Source: Nitrosopumilus sp.
GTDB lineage: Archaea; Thermoproteota; Nitrososphaeria; Nitrososphaerales; Nitrosopumilaceae
DNA length: 64,000 nucleotides
Assembly (NCBI GenBank): GCA_965207075.1
Contig: CBDBLO010000002.1
Location: 2,121,282-2,185,281, forward strand
Reading direction: 5' to 3'
The notes under the pieces are model-generated. The model ran no database searches. It had not been told where the DNA came from and saw only the letters and a list, made by a program, of their open reading frames with translations. Positions 40,725 to 51,265 of the stretch are shown piece after piece. Each line of letters opens with the position of its first letter. Within the stretch, counting starts at the first letter, position 1. Position numbers and translations under genes: made by a program.

Positions 40725-41495
40725 TCACAGCAAAAACTCCGCCGCGTTCCTGCCCTCCTCGGTAAGCGAGACCCACCTGGTCCTGCCTACCTTCTCCACG
40801 TGCAGAAAGTTCCACTCGTCGGTGAGCGGCTCCACGATGTTCTTTGCCAGGCTCGCAAACCTAGCCGACTCCCTGTTCTCCTCGCGCGAGTTGACCGTGA
40901 TTATCCCGAGCTCCTCGGCCCTCTCGGCCATCTCGCCCTTCCTTATGCGCCCCCCCTCGGCCTTACTGACTATCGCAAGGGCCCTTACGAGCTCCTGCCG
41001 CGGCGTCTGTATCCTGTACTTGGGAAGCGTGGTGATGGACTTGAGGCCGCTGGACATCTGCTCGGGCGCCCGCCCCGGGGACTCGGCGGCCGACGACGTG
41101 TACCCCTCCGGCTCCGCATAGTACGGCGTGATGCTCGCCGTGTCGTTCCACATCATGCACGCCATCATGCACGCTATGGACTGTATCTTGGAGCCGGACG
41201 ACACGTTTACGTATATGTCGTTGCCGCCCCCCTCCTCCGCTATTATCCCCCTTACGGCCTTTAGCATGCCAAAGAGGTTCTTCCGATCGGCGTACTCGGC
41301 CCTGACCTCTATCCCCTCCCCCCCGAGGCGCTCCCTGATCTCGGCCTCGAAGGGCTCCGCCTTGTCCTCGGAGCGGTTGCTGTGCACGAGCAGCCACACC
41401 GCGTCGGCCCTCAGGCGTATGGCGGGCAGCACTATCCTGTCGACCTCGAACCCCAGCGGGGCTATGTGCACCCGCAGCTTTGACTCTGTCTCCAT
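40725..41495 (-). CDS. DUF6293/HFX_2341-type regulator (CARF-like + wHTH)
   Basis: VHIAPLGFEVDRI, YVNVSSGSK and a C-terminal wing EKVGRTRWVSLTEEG. Confidence 0.8.
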   Translation of the reverse strand: METESKLRVHIAPLGFEVDRIVLPAIRLRADAVWLLVHSNRSEDKAEPFEAEIRERLGGEGIEVRAEYADRKNLFGMLKAVRGIIAEEGGGNDIYVNVSSGSKIQSIACMMACMMWNDTASITPYYAEPEGYTSSAAESPGRAPEQMSSGLKSITTLPKYRIQTPRQELVRALAIVSKAEGGRIRKGEMAERAEELGIITVNSREENRESARFASLAKNIVEPLTDEWNFLHVEKVGRTRWVSLTEEGRNAAEFLL

Positions 41496-41644
41496 ACTGT
41501 GCAGGCTGTGCACAGCATGGACAATTTAAAGCCAGGCGGCGCGCCGCCGGCTACGCGGCGCCGTCAAAAATGAACATTTTTTACTCCCGGACGGCGGCGC
41601 GTTTTAGAAGGTTTATAAGCGAAATTGAGGTATCAGACTTGAGG

Positions 41645-42250
41645 ATGTCAGAGACCATAAAGCGCAGATCTGACGGCTTATCACGCAGGGACTTTTTGAA
41701 GCTTATAGGGGCGGCGGGGACCGGGCTCGCGTTCGCTCCGTTCGTGCCGTTTGGCAACTTTATGCCCAACCCCAACCAGGCCTCACTCGAGAGGGTGCCG
41801 GCCATGCTGCCGGACGGCACCCAGGCCAACATCAACACGTTCCCGGTGAACCACTCGGAGGTGATCACGTACCCGGCCACCGGCGACCCGGCCCTGGACG
41901 CGGAGGCGTTCCGCAAGTGGCAGCTCATAAGGCTGCCGGCCGAGATGGGCGGCGAGGCCGGCGACGTCTCGGCGCTGCGGGCGTTCAGCATGATATGCCT
42001 GCACCTGTGGTGCCTCTGGAAGTACTGGCCCGACGACGGCAGGAAGAGGGGCGAGTGCCCGTGCCACGGCAGCATGTACGACGCGTCGACCGGCATAGCG
42101 TACATAGGGCCCGCCTCCGTGCAGGCCTCGCCGTCAAACACGCTGCCAAAGCTGACGCTGGACCTGGACGCCGACGGGCTAGTGTACATACTTCCCCCCA
42201 CGTTTACCGCCAACGAGAACGGAGTAGTAGGATATGGCCGCTTCGCCTGA
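41645..42250 (+). CDS. Rieske Fe-S protein of complex III (Tat signal)
   Basis: SRRDFLK signal; CLHLWC and CPCHGS boxes. Confidence 0.92.
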   Translation: MSETIKRRSDGLSRRDFLKLIGAAGTGLAFAPFVPFGNFMPNPNQASLERVPAMLPDGTQANINTFPVNHSEVITYPATGDPALDAEAFRKWQLIRLPAEMGGEAGDVSALRAFSMICLHLWCLWKYWPDDGRKRGECPCHGSMYDASTGIAYIGPASVQASPSNTLPKLTLDLDADGLVYILPPTFTANENGVVGYGRFA

Positions 42251-43907
42251 GGGTGTGACGCTCTTCCCGAGAAGGACGGGCGCCGTCGCCTTCTTCTACT
42301 GGCTGTGGGAGGGGGTGGACCGCACCATATTCACCGCCATAAAGTTCTCCTTTCCGGCCAGGTTCGTCAGCCCGTTCGGGTTCCTCGGGATGCTCACGTT
42401 CATCACGTTCATCATACTGGGCGTCTCTGGCGCCCTGCTGATGTTCTACTACCAGCCGATACTGGACAGGGCGTGGGACAGCGTCCAGTTCATAAACGAC
42501 GAGGTCCCCTTCGGGTTCCACATACGCAACATACACTACCACGGCTCGAATGCCATGGTGCTGCTCGCGGTCCTGCACATGTACTACCAGTACTTTAGCG
42601 GCCGCTACAAGATAAGGAACGAGGTGCTCTGGATGACAGGCGTCATACTGGGCGTCGTTACCATACTGGAGGCGTTCACGGGATATGACGTGATATTCAG
42701 CGAGAGGGCGGAGCTGGCAATCAGCATAGCGGCCTCGCTGACGACCTCGATACCCGTGGTCGGGCCGCTGATACGCGACGCCGCGCTCGGCAGCGGGTTC
42801 TCGGACTTTGTGCTGCGGTTCTACGCGCAGCACGTGTTCATACTGCCCGTGGTCATGCTCGGGCTCATGGCCGTCCACTTCCCGAGGTTTCTGGTCTTCG
42901 ACGTGCCGATGGTCATGGCCATCGGCGGGGCCATACTGATCACGGGAGGGGTCTTCCCGATTGATCTGGGCTTCAAGTTCCAGCCCGACGTCCCGCCCGG
43001 CGTGACGGTCCCCGAGTGGTACCTGACCGGAATATACGCGTTCATGCGCACCCAGTACGACAAGTTCGTTACAGGGCTCCTGTGGCCCCTGCTGTTCATA
43101 GTATCGTTCGTGCTGATACCGTTCATAGACAGGTACAAAAAGTTCTCGTGGCGGGACCGCCCGATTATAACGGCGTTCGGCATCACCAGTTTGGCCCAGA
43201 TAATGGTGACCACCTACTGGGGGTTCTACATCACGCCGGACGTGTCGGTCCCGCTGGTCGAGAGGCTGGTCATCGACCCGATCTTCTTTTATGGTACCAT
43301 GATACTGCTCGTGCCGCTCGGATTCGGGTTCACATATATGATGATAAAGCTCGCAAACGAGGCCGAGCGCAAGGCAAAGCTCGCAAAGAGCTCGGGCCCG
43401 CAAAAGGTGGCTACAATAAGCCTGTCAGAGAGGTGGATCAACTGGGTGCTGGTGGCCCTGCTCGCGTTCCAGGTGTTCCTCAATATAGCGGCGTACAACG
43501 CGGCCCTGACGGGCATGAACAACATCTCGCTCTTCTTCATAGGGCTGATACTCATCGTGTTTGCCGGGTTCTTCCACGTGTACAGGTACGGGATGAGCCA
43601 GGAGAAGGCCGCGCCGCCGCCGATGCCGACCCCCGTGCCGGAGGCCGCGCCGCAGCTGGGGGCGCCTGCGGAAGTGGCGGCCGAGATCGAGGCAGGTGGG
43701 AACGGCGCCGGGAAGCTCGGCTCAGAGCCGCAGCAGAAGAAGAAGGAGCTGGAGGCCCCGCCGGAGATACCGGCTGCCGGGGCATCATCATCATCATCAT
43801 CATCATCACCATCATCTACGACGGCGGCGGCGGCGGCCAAAAAGACAGGGGCGGACGGCGCCGCGCCCGACCCGACTACGGCGGCGCAAAAAGACAAGAC
43901 GGAATAG
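42234..43907 (+). CDS. Cytochrome b of complex III
   Basis: RNIHYHG...LH, FTGY, QHVF...VH and PEWY motifs. Low-complexity tail with poly-Ser from (CAT)n. Confidence 0.93.
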   Translation: MAASPEGVTLFPRRTGAVAFFYWLWEGVDRTIFTAIKFSFPARFVSPFGFLGMLTFITFIILGVSGALLMFYYQPILDRAWDSVQFINDEVPFGFHIRNIHYHGSNAMVLLAVLHMYYQYFSGRYKIRNEVLWMTGVILGVVTILEAFTGYDVIFSERAELAISIAASLTTSIPVVGPLIRDAALGSGFSDFVLRFYAQHVFILPVVMLGLMAVHFPRFLVFDVPMVMAIGGAILITGGVFPIDLGFKFQPDVPPGVTVPEWYLTGIYAFMRTQYDKFVTGLLWPLLFIVSFVLIPFIDRYKKFSWRDRPIITAFGITSLAQIMVTTYWGFYITPDVSVPLVERLVIDPIFFYGTMILLVPLGFGFTYMMIKLANEAERKAKLAKSSGPQKVATISLSERWINWVLVALLAFQVFLNIAAYNAALTGMNNISLFFIGLILIVFAGFFHVYRYGMSQEKAAPPPMPTPVPEAAPQLGAPAEVAAEIEAGGNGAGKLGSEPQQKKKELEAPPEIPAAGASSSSSSSSPSSTTAAAAAKKTGADGAAPDPTTAAQKDKTE

Positions 43908-43983
43908 TCGCGCGGGGGCCGAGGCGACTACCGAGGCGACTACCGAAGCATCATCGTCATAGTCATAACTGCAGGGAGCGCGG

Positions 43984-44355
43984 CTAATCTGTTGCGGCCG
44001 CAGCCGCATACCGCGCAAAGACGATACAGCTGCCAATCTCCTTGTGCTGCTCTATTGCCGACGCCCTGAACTTTACCTCGTGCTCGGACTCGGGCTCAAA
44101 CCCGATCGCGGCCGTGAACTCGGCCGTGCGGCCCCCCTCCTTCATCGAGTCCCTGCTGATGAACAGCCTGGCCACGTTCTGGGAGATCGGCCTGCCGTTT
44201 GAGGACTTGTACGTGATGTGCTCGTTTGAGTCAGATATCTGGGCGCTGACGACCACCCCGTCGTACTTGCCGGGGTACGAGACCGTAATGACGCCCCTGA
44301 TCTCCGCGTTTGGTCGTATCTCCACGGGGTCGATCTCCATGGATATGTCGTCCAT
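43984..44355 (-). CDS. Hypothetical protein
   Basis: Beta-rich ORF from MDDISMEID. Confidence 0.65.
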   Translation of the reverse strand: MDDISMEIDPVEIRPNAEIRGVITVSYPGKYDGVVVSAQISDSNEHITYKSSNGRPISQNVARLFISRDSMKEGGRTAEFTAAIGFEPESEHEVKFRASAIEQHKEIGSCIVFARYAAAAATD

Positions 44356-44482
44356 GGGCGTCACCCGGCGACTCCAAATAATAACCATCCATGCGGCGGA
44401 GGTGGTGGTGGCAGGCGATCCCGCCGCCGCGGCTGCCGCGCCCAAAATCAAGCTTTAATTGTGAGTGGATGGGGCTCTGTTC

Positions 44483-44908
44483 ATGTCAGACGACGGCAAC
44501 GGCGCCGCGGCCAAGGAGTGGGACGAGCTGTGGGGGGAGTACTCGAGGTCCCTTGAGAACTGGAAGAGGATGTACGAGCAGGCCCAGGCCGCAAGCACCG
44601 AGATGCAGTCCAGGTTCAACGACGTCTGGAAGAAGACGACGGTGGATACCAGCTCCGACACGATGAAGCTCTTTGCGGAGAACTGGCAGGACGCCATGCT
44701 CGACGCGGGCATAAAGTCGTTCAGGGAGTTCAGCGAGGGATGGCAGAGGGCCCTCAGCGAGTCGGGAACCGGCGGGTTCGCGCAGTTTGCAGAGAACTGG
44801 CAAAAGTCTCTGGGCACTGCGGGCCTCGAGCAGATGAACTCGTACGGCGAGATGCTCAAGCGGTTTGCCGAGACCTGGAACGCGATGTGGCCAAAGACTA
44901 ACTACTAG
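44483..44908 (+). CDS. Trp-rich helical hypothetical protein (possibly phasin-like)
   Basis: Repeated FAENWQ-type amphipathic helices. Confidence 0.65.
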   Translation: MSDDGNGAAAKEWDELWGEYSRSLENWKRMYEQAQAASTEMQSRFNDVWKKTTVDTSSDTMKLFAENWQDAMLDAGIKSFREFSEGWQRALSESGTGGFAQFAENWQKSLGTAGLEQMNSYGEMLKRFAETWNAMWPKTNY

Positions 44909-45043
44909 AGGGTACTGGCAGATTAACGGGGGCTGCGTTTTAGCGGAAAGCGTCGGGAGCTGGCAGGCCTATCGGGTTCTGAATGGCCGTCACGACCGGG
45001 ACACTGGCAACTTCAGGACTGCAATCCATAAAATTTATAGGCG

Positions 45044-46081
45044 TCTATTATACGGAAAGTAGGTCACCGCAGGATCAGGCGGACTGTAGCCGATTATTTT
45101 AGGCTGTACCGATCACGAAAGCCAGTGTCAAAGGGACTGACAGAAAAGGCCGGGAAGCACCTGGTCAGGAGGCTCGGGAAGGGGGTGCCGGCTCCCGAAG
45201 TGGCAAGGGACCTTGGAATCTCCATCCGGCATGTACGAAGGCTGTGGGCAAGGTTCCAGAAGACCGGGACCATACGCGTGCAGATGGGCAGGCCGCGCTC
45301 CTGCATCACGGGGGCCCAGATACGGCTGATAACCGACGCCCACCAAAGGCGGCCGGTCGGAGTCGTACGCACCGCAAGGGAGCTGAGAAGGAATCACGAT
45401 ATTAGTTACGCCGCCGTGTACCGCGTGTTGAAGAAGAGCGGCGCCGTGGAGGCCTCGGCGGCAAGATCAAAGAGGCGCAAGTGGGTGCGGTACGAACGCA
45501 CGTACTCCAACGCCATGTGGCATACGGACTGGCATGTCATGAAGGATCCCCGCTTTTCAGGCATGAATCTCATCACATATTTGGATGATGCGTCCCGGTG
45601 CGTTACGGGCGCGGCGCTCTTCGAGCACGCCACGTCCGAGAACGCGGTAATGCTCCTCAGGCTCGCAATCAAGAGGTTCGGCTCCCCCGCGTCCATACTG
45701 TCCGACAACGGATCGTGCTTTGTGGGGCAGAACGGCCGCAAGAAGGGAAAGGGGAAGTGGCAGCCCACCGTCTTTGAGGAGGAGCTGCTTGAGAGGGACA
45801 TTGCCCTGATAAACGCCCGTCCCTACCACCCCCAGACTAACGGCAAGTTGGAGAGATTCCACCGCAGCCTGGAGGAGGAGATATACCACTATGGCAGCCT
45901 CAGGGAGTACGTAGACTATTACAACGAGTCAAGGCTGCACTTCTCGTTGGACATCGACAACTACGAGACGCCGCAGATGGCCTTCAGGAACAAGAGGGCG
46001 ACCGAGGCGATCAGGAAGAACGACCCGAAATGGATGGAGAAGGATGCACATGAGTAGCGGACCGACTTTTCATATAATACA
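45044..46081 (+). mobile_element. IS481-family insertion sequence
   Basis: 22 bp TIRs (18/22, right end ...TACA). 16 bp flanking direct repeat ATAAAATTTATAGGCG at 45028-45043 and 46082-46097. Confidence 0.85.
45125..46057 (+). CDS. IS481-family transposase (rve integrase core)
   Basis: WHTDW, DDASR, LSDNGS and HPQTNGKLERFH motifs. Confidence 0.92.
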   Translation: MSKGLTEKAGKHLVRRLGKGVPAPEVARDLGISIRHVRRLWARFQKTGTIRVQMGRPRSCITGAQIRLITDAHQRRPVGVVRTARELRRNHDISYAAVYRVLKKSGAVEASAARSKRRKWVRYERTYSNAMWHTDWHVMKDPRFSGMNLITYLDDASRCVTGAALFEHATSENAVMLLRLAIKRFGSPASILSDNGSCFVGQNGRKKGKGKWQPTVFEEELLERDIALINARPYHPQTNGKLERFHRSLEEEIYHYGSLREYVDYYNESRLHFSLDIDNYETPQMAFRNKRATEAIRKNDPKWMEKDAHE

Positions 46082-46252
46082 ATAAAATTTATAGGCGTTA
46101 TGCACATAAATACACACATGAGCAAAGGCGGAGAAGTGGCGCGTCGTTTGAAAGACAGACTGCCACAACACGTGGATAATCTGGAGTGTATCGCGCGCAG
46201 TTTTGACCGCTCAGAGCAGCTTTTGAAGGAAGCCGATGAACGATGGGATAAT

Positions 46253-46474
46253 CTAAACGCCGGTACTGCGCAAGATGCCGCTCACGCGGTTAGCGATGGC
46301 AGTTCTTTCAACACGTAGATTATCAAGCAGGATCTCATGATATTCTATATCCGCGTTCACGTTGGTTCGTCTTTCTTTCAACATGCCCAATCTCTCTGCC
46401 ACGTTTTCTATTTTCATGTCTAAATCTTCCATTTGGCCTCTAAGTTCAGCTAGTAAATGGTTTGTATCATCCAT
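46253..46474 (-). CDS. Small coiled-coil protein
   Basis: 73 aa with a heptad pattern. Confidence 0.45.
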   Translation of the reverse strand: MDDTNHLLAELRGQMEDLDMKIENVAERLGMLKERRTNVNADIEYHEILLDNLRVERTAIANRVSGILRSTGV

Positions 46475-46499
46475 GCTGGCGTATTGCTGGCGTATTGCT

Positions 46500-46900
46500 G
46501 GCGGTCAGTATTTATTTTTCTTAGCAACGGATCAAGGCTCCCGCCAACCTCATGCCTGACGACGCTTCCAACTTCCGCCACGCGTGGAGGCATCAGTGCC
46601 GCGCCAAGAACTTTCTGCACAAGGACTCCGAGCACCACGGGCACATCCACATGTCCGGGGGCATGAGCAGCAATCAGACGGAATTCTTCAATGGGGACGC
46701 CCCGAGGGCCAAGGAGAAGGTCGTCCGAGGTATCAAGGGGGACGACTCGATCATGCTGGGGGGACGCAGATCCACACAACTGCATAAGGCCCCCCTAGGA
46801 CTGGACGGGGACACCCAAGCGTACAGGACGGGCACCTGAATCATGTGCCCAAACAAGTGGAAGGTGGTCATCCGGAACGCCGCCAAGTCCGCCGGCTCCC
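46500..46900 (+). pseudogene. IS6-like transposase C-terminal relic
   Basis: Frameshifted fragments DDASNF, NQTEFFNG, REKVVRGIK-like and GLDGDT. Confidence 0.55.
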
Positions 46901-46986
46901 TACAATTTCCACGAGAAGACAGATCCCACTAACTTACCATCCCTATAATTCCCAATGAATAAAAGTGCCGTTATTGCACGCCCGCC

Positions 46987-47793
46987 GTGAGCGAAGAGCC
47001 TGCGGAGTGCCACATACCGCTTGAGAGTTTCGAGGATCTGGCAAGGCTTGCATGCTCGTACCAGGCCCACCCGAGGAGGATCTTCAGTTTTGTAAGGGAT
47101 GACGGTGGCGACGCAGGCGGGAATGATGCGGACGCAGGCGGCGAGGAGGGCAGCGGCGGTAACGGCATCGGCAACAACAGCAGCGGCGACGGGGGCGGCA
47201 ACAACAGCGGCAGCGGCGAAGGCACCCGCGTCGCGGCGACCGTGTTCAACCTTGCAAACACACTCGTAGTCATGTACGCCCCGCTTCCAAAGGACGGCAG
47301 GTACGTGTCATATGTAATCGACGGAGGAAGGGAGCGCGCCGACGTGGTGGACGCGGCGTCAAATTCCGCAAGCTATGCGCCCATAATACACGTAAACAGC
47401 GAGCCGTGCCTGACGCACATGGAGGCCGATCCGCCGGCAGACGACATACCCGACGTGCTCCACCCGATAGAGCTTGCGGACCTGGGCAGCCTGGCGAGGC
47501 TCACGTACGATCCGGACTTCCCAGACGAGCCGGATCCCGTCATATACGCGGTGCCGGTGGGCGGGCTGTGGGCCCTGGGGTACGTGGTGGCCTACGACAT
47601 GGAGGAGTCCCACTACGTGTTCTACCACGTGATGCGCGACGCAAAGCCCGACAAGCCGTTCCTTAGGTACGGGCACGACAGGGCGCAGAAGCCCGAACTG
47701 TCAGACAGGATAGAGCACGGGTACGTGTACATGCCGATAGTGACCGTCAGGGACCAGCACCCCATCTTCGGCTTTGACGCGCACCGCCGGTGA
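46987..47793 (+). CDS. Hypothetical protein with Gly/Asn-rich insertion
   Basis: 268 aa with internal two-fold similarity (LESFEDLARL / LADLGSLARL). Confidence 0.75.
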   Translation: MSEEPAECHIPLESFEDLARLACSYQAHPRRIFSFVRDDGGDAGGNDADAGGEEGSGGNGIGNNSSGDGGGNNSGSGEGTRVAATVFNLANTLVVMYAPLPKDGRYVSYVIDGGRERADVVDAASNSASYAPIIHVNSEPCLTHMEADPPADDIPDVLHPIELADLGSLARLTYDPDFPDEPDPVIYAVPVGGLWALGYVVAYDMEESHYVFYHVMRDAKPDKPFLRYGHDRAQKPELSDRIEHGYVYMPIVTVRDQHPIFGFDAHRR

Positions 47794-47809
47794 CCTGCTT
47801 GTCTGTCCG

Positions 47810-48613
47810 TTATGACGGCGCGGCCAGGTCCCGGATGCGGGCCTCGGACTCGGAGATCATGCGCTGCAGGGCCTGCACGTACACGTCCGCCGCGCGGGCC
47901 ATCTCCACCGTATGCGTCTCTCCCCCCTCGTGCCGGACCACTGCAAAGCAGAGCGCCCCCACGTCCTTGGCCGACACGGCCGGCTCGCCGCCGCGGCGCC
48001 TCTTGTCATTCACCATGTCGAGGAACGCGGGCAGCCGCCTCCTGACCTCCACCGACAGCTCGTCGCGGGAGCGCAGCCTGCCACGCGAGGTAAGCCCCGC
48101 TATGTCAACCTCGTACGAGGGGTCGTCTGCATACCCGTCCGACACGCCGATCATTATCCGGACTTTGGGGGCCCGCCCGTGCGTCTTCACCATGCGGCGC
48201 GCCGCCCCTACTGCACGCGTGTACACCGCGGAGTGCCACGGGCCGGAATGCTGCGCGTCGAACCACCCGAGGAACTCGGAGGCGGCCGCGTCCCGTCCCC
48301 CCCTTGCACGTATGGCGGCCTCAAAGGAGTCGCGCGCGGCGTGCCTGCCCATGCGCGGCAGCAGCCCAAAGTCGGTGCCCGCCGTGTGGAATATGCCGTC
48401 GACCGCGGCGTTCGCGGCCCTCAGGTACTGCTCAAAGTGGCGCCCGGTATAGTACGGATCCGGGTTGTGCAGCCTGATCTGCCTGGCGCGCATGCGGCAT
48501 TCCTGCATTGCGTCGGACTGGGTCGCGTGCACGACTCTGTGGTATCGCGGGTGCGTATATTGATATCCGTCACAACCCGAGCGCCCGCTCCCACTGCCTG
48601 TTGTATTCGGCAA
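47810..48613 (-). CDS. Hypothetical protein
   Basis: Long ORF with backbone codon usage; start uncertain. Confidence 0.6.
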   Translation of the reverse strand: MPNTTGSGSGRSGCDGYQYTHPRYHRVVHATQSDAMQECRMRARQIRLHNPDPYYTGRHFEQYLRAANAAVDGIFHTAGTDFGLLPRMGRHAARDSFEAAIRARGGRDAAASEFLGWFDAQHSGPWHSAVYTRAVGAARRMVKTHGRAPKVRIMIGVSDGYADDPSYEVDIAGLTSRGRLRSRDELSVEVRRRLPAFLDMVNDKRRRGGEPAVSAKDVGALCFAVVRHEGGETHTVEMARAADVYVQALQRMISESEARIRDLAAPS

Positions 48614-49058
48614 GCAGCCCGGCCTGCACGCGCCTGAAGGCGTGCCCCTGGGATGCAGCGGCGGCCGCGGCGGCCCTCGCGTGCTGCACGGCGCTCTCCG
48701 AGCAGGCGTCCTGCCACCTCTGGGCCCAGTACAGGCCGGCCCCCTTGAGCAGCTCCGTGTCTAGGTCGACTGCCCGGTGGCACAGGTCAAGGTAGGAGGC
48801 CGCCGCGCGTATCGCGGACCTCTGCAGGACTACGGCCGACTCGGTCCAGCCCGCCAGGGCCGCGCGGTACAGGTCCCACGAATGTTCAAGGTCCGGGGCG
48901 ACGGAGAACGGCAGCAGCGGCCCGGTTGCCGCGGTGGCGGCGGTGGTGGTAGTAGCGGCGCCCTGCCGTACTGATGATGGTGGCGGTGGTGATTTTTTGC
49001 CTGGGGATTTTTTTGCCTTTTTGGCGTCCTTTTCTTTCTTGCCGCCGGCCATGCCCAT
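48570..49058 (-). CDS. Helical hypothetical protein
   Basis: Lys-rich N-terminus and Trp-containing amphipathic helices. Confidence 0.5.
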   Translation of the reverse strand: MGMAGGKKEKDAKKAKKSPGKKSPPPPSSVRQGAATTTTAATAATGPLLPFSVAPDLEHSWDLYRAALAGWTESAVVLQRSAIRAAASYLDLCHRAVDLDTELLKGAGLYWAQRWQDACSESAVQHARAAAAAAASQGHAFRRVQAGLLAEYNRQWERALGL

Positions 49059-49175
49059 GGTGTCATGCGCCGAACCTTAAACGTTTGTTCCGCGCCGCAT
49101 GCAGCATTTTGATTATGCCGCGGCCGCGGCCTTCAAAAAACGACACTATTATGGAAGGCCCCGCCCATACCCCGC

Positions 49176-49412
49176 ATGGGCGACGCGGGCATCCACGGCA
49201 GCGGTACAAGCAGGGAGGAGGAAAAGGGCAGGCGGTTCCTGGAGCTTGTGGACAGACAGAACACGCTCCAGCAGGCCATTGCGTCAAAACTGACGCGCCT
49301 GATAAGCGAGCACGGCTGGGACTCGGATGCACTGCGCGCGGAGCTGGCAGGCCTGATCGCGGAGCACTCGCAGGTCACCGGGGAGATAAACGGGCTGGAC
49401 ACAGGCGCGTGA
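49176..49412 (+). CDS. Small helical hypothetical protein
   Basis: 78 aa coiled-coil-like ORF. Confidence 0.6.
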   Translation: MGDAGIHGSGTSREEEKGRRFLELVDRQNTLQQAIASKLTRLISEHGWDSDALRAELAGLIAEHSQVTGEINGLDTGA

Positions 49413-49512
49413 GCCGGGCGCCTCCATGCCGCGTCTTGGCGCGGCTAGCTTATACCCCTATATTTTACAAAATAAAGTATAATGTTATAAGTATGTAGGG
49501 GTAATAACATCC

Positions 49513-50403
49513 ATGGTGCGACTGCGAAAAAGACTACTCGGTGGCAACACCTACTATTATCTCGAACATAGCATGAGGGACAAAGGCAAGGTACGAAAAA
49601 AGGAGTGCTATGTCGGAAGGACGCTCCCGCCCAACATGGACGAGATCATGCAGGACTTTGTGCATGAGATCTACAATGAACGATGGCGTGCTGACATTGA
49701 CATCATAAGAAAGAATTTTGCCAAGGAACGCAGGATCATGCCAAAGACGGTCCGAGAAAAAGAGACCCGGTCCTTTGCAGTCCGGTTTACGTACGACACG
49801 CAAAAGATAGAAGGCTCCACGCTCACCAGGAGGGAAGTTGCAGACCTGATCGAGAAAGGCATCACCCCGAAAAACAGGCCGATGGCAGACGTGCAGGAAG
49901 CCGAATTGCACAACAAACTATTCCACAGGATGCTTGGGTTCAAGGGCGACTTGACACTGCAGCTGCTGCTTGATTGGCATTGGGATCTCTTTGGTGTGAC
50001 CAAGCCGGATATTGCAGGAGACATAAGGAAGTATCGAGTAGGCATAACTGGAAGCAAGTTTGTCCCGCCTCCGCCATACGAGGTACGGCCGATGCTGGCC
50101 GAGATGTTTGAGTGGTACGAAGGCAACAAGTCCAGAGTTCACCCGGTCATGCTCGCCGCACTGGTTCATCTTAGGATAGTGACAATACACCCGTTTGGTG
50201 ACGGCAACGGCAGAATTACAAGGCTCGCGATGAACTTCGTACTGAACAAGAACAGGTATCCCATGCTTGACATCCCCTATGAGGGGAGGAGCGGTTACTA
50301 CAACTCACTGGAGAAGGCACAGGTGGATAAAAACGAGCTTGCGTTCCTCCAGTGGTTTGCAAAAAAGTACATAAAATCGTACGGCACGTACCTGCAGCCA
50401 TAA
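49513..50403 (+). CDS. Fic family protein
   Basis: HPFGDGNGRITR canonical Fic motif. TQKIEGS resembles the inhibitory-helix motif. Confidence 0.93.
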   Translation: MVRLRKRLLGGNTYYYLEHSMRDKGKVRKKECYVGRTLPPNMDEIMQDFVHEIYNERWRADIDIIRKNFAKERRIMPKTVREKETRSFAVRFTYDTQKIEGSTLTRREVADLIEKGITPKNRPMADVQEAELHNKLFHRMLGFKGDLTLQLLLDWHWDLFGVTKPDIAGDIRKYRVGITGSKFVPPPPYEVRPMLAEMFEWYEGNKSRVHPVMLAALVHLRIVTIHPFGDGNGRITRLAMNFVLNKNRYPMLDIPYEGRSGYYNSLEKAQVDKNELAFLQWFAKKYIKSYGTYLQP

Positions 50404-50517
50404 GACTCCCAGCTTTGTAGCCATCTTGCCGTCCGGTTCCCGGATTTAGGAGGCTTCGGCATTACTGCCCCGTTATGAGCACGTGAAGATCAGTGCTTGA
50501 ATTCCTCTATGACGTCC

Positions 50518-51108
50518 TTACTTGACAAATCGTCCAAACTCATCTGAATCACCGACAATCATAATGACCGGGGTCTCTGCCAGCTCCCTGACCAGCGGGA
50601 TGCCCAGTCCCGCCTTTTCCAGAAACTCGCTTTCCGTCCACAGCACGAGGCTGACCTGCCTGCCCGTTTCCCTCTCCGTCCGCATTACGGACTTCAATAC
50701 GACGTCCTCGTCAACGTTCCCTACTACGAGCAGATCAACGTCGCTTGACGCAACCTCCACGCCCTTTGCAAAGGACCCATAAATCAGGGCAAAGCGTATC
50801 TTCTTCCTTTCCCCCTTGCTGATCCCGGCAAGCAGCCGCGCGCCGAGGCTCTCCGTCTTTAGGAATATTCTCCTCAGCTCGCCTGCAATGGAGGCCCCCT
50901 CGTCCAGCCTGTACAGGACCATCCTTCCCACGCTCCTTTTTTTCAAAAGGCCCAGCTGTTCAAGGTTTTTCAGCTCCCTTTGAACGAGTATCGGGGTAGC
51001 GTGAATCATCCTGGCCATTCCCCTAATGTGGTACTCCGAGCCGGGGTTCAGAAAGAACTGGGACAGTATGCCCACGCGGGTCTTTGAGGTGAACAGTCTT
51101 TCCAGCAT
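50518..51108 (-). CDS. wHTH + minimal nucleotidyltransferase (MNT antitoxin-like)
   Basis: N-terminal HTH and YGSFAKGVEVASSDVDLLVVG. Confidence 0.88.
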   Translation of the reverse strand: MLERLFTSKTRVGILSQFFLNPGSEYHIRGMARMIHATPILVQRELKNLEQLGLLKKRSVGRMVLYRLDEGASIAGELRRIFLKTESLGARLLAGISKGERKKIRFALIYGSFAKGVEVASSDVDLLVVGNVDEDVVLKSVMRTERETGRQVSLVLWTESEFLEKAGLGIPLVRELAETPVIMIVGDSDEFGRFVK

Positions 51109-51265
51109 TGTATGCTTTTAGTATACATATGTATATGAAAGTTTTACAATACGTTACCAAGCGGTTGGCCGAAAAGCAGGCGGCAGTGTCACGGCAGGCA
51201 AGAACAACGCGTGTCGCAACGGGCGGACGACTGCGATCGCGCGCCGGGCTGCCAGTCGGCGAACC

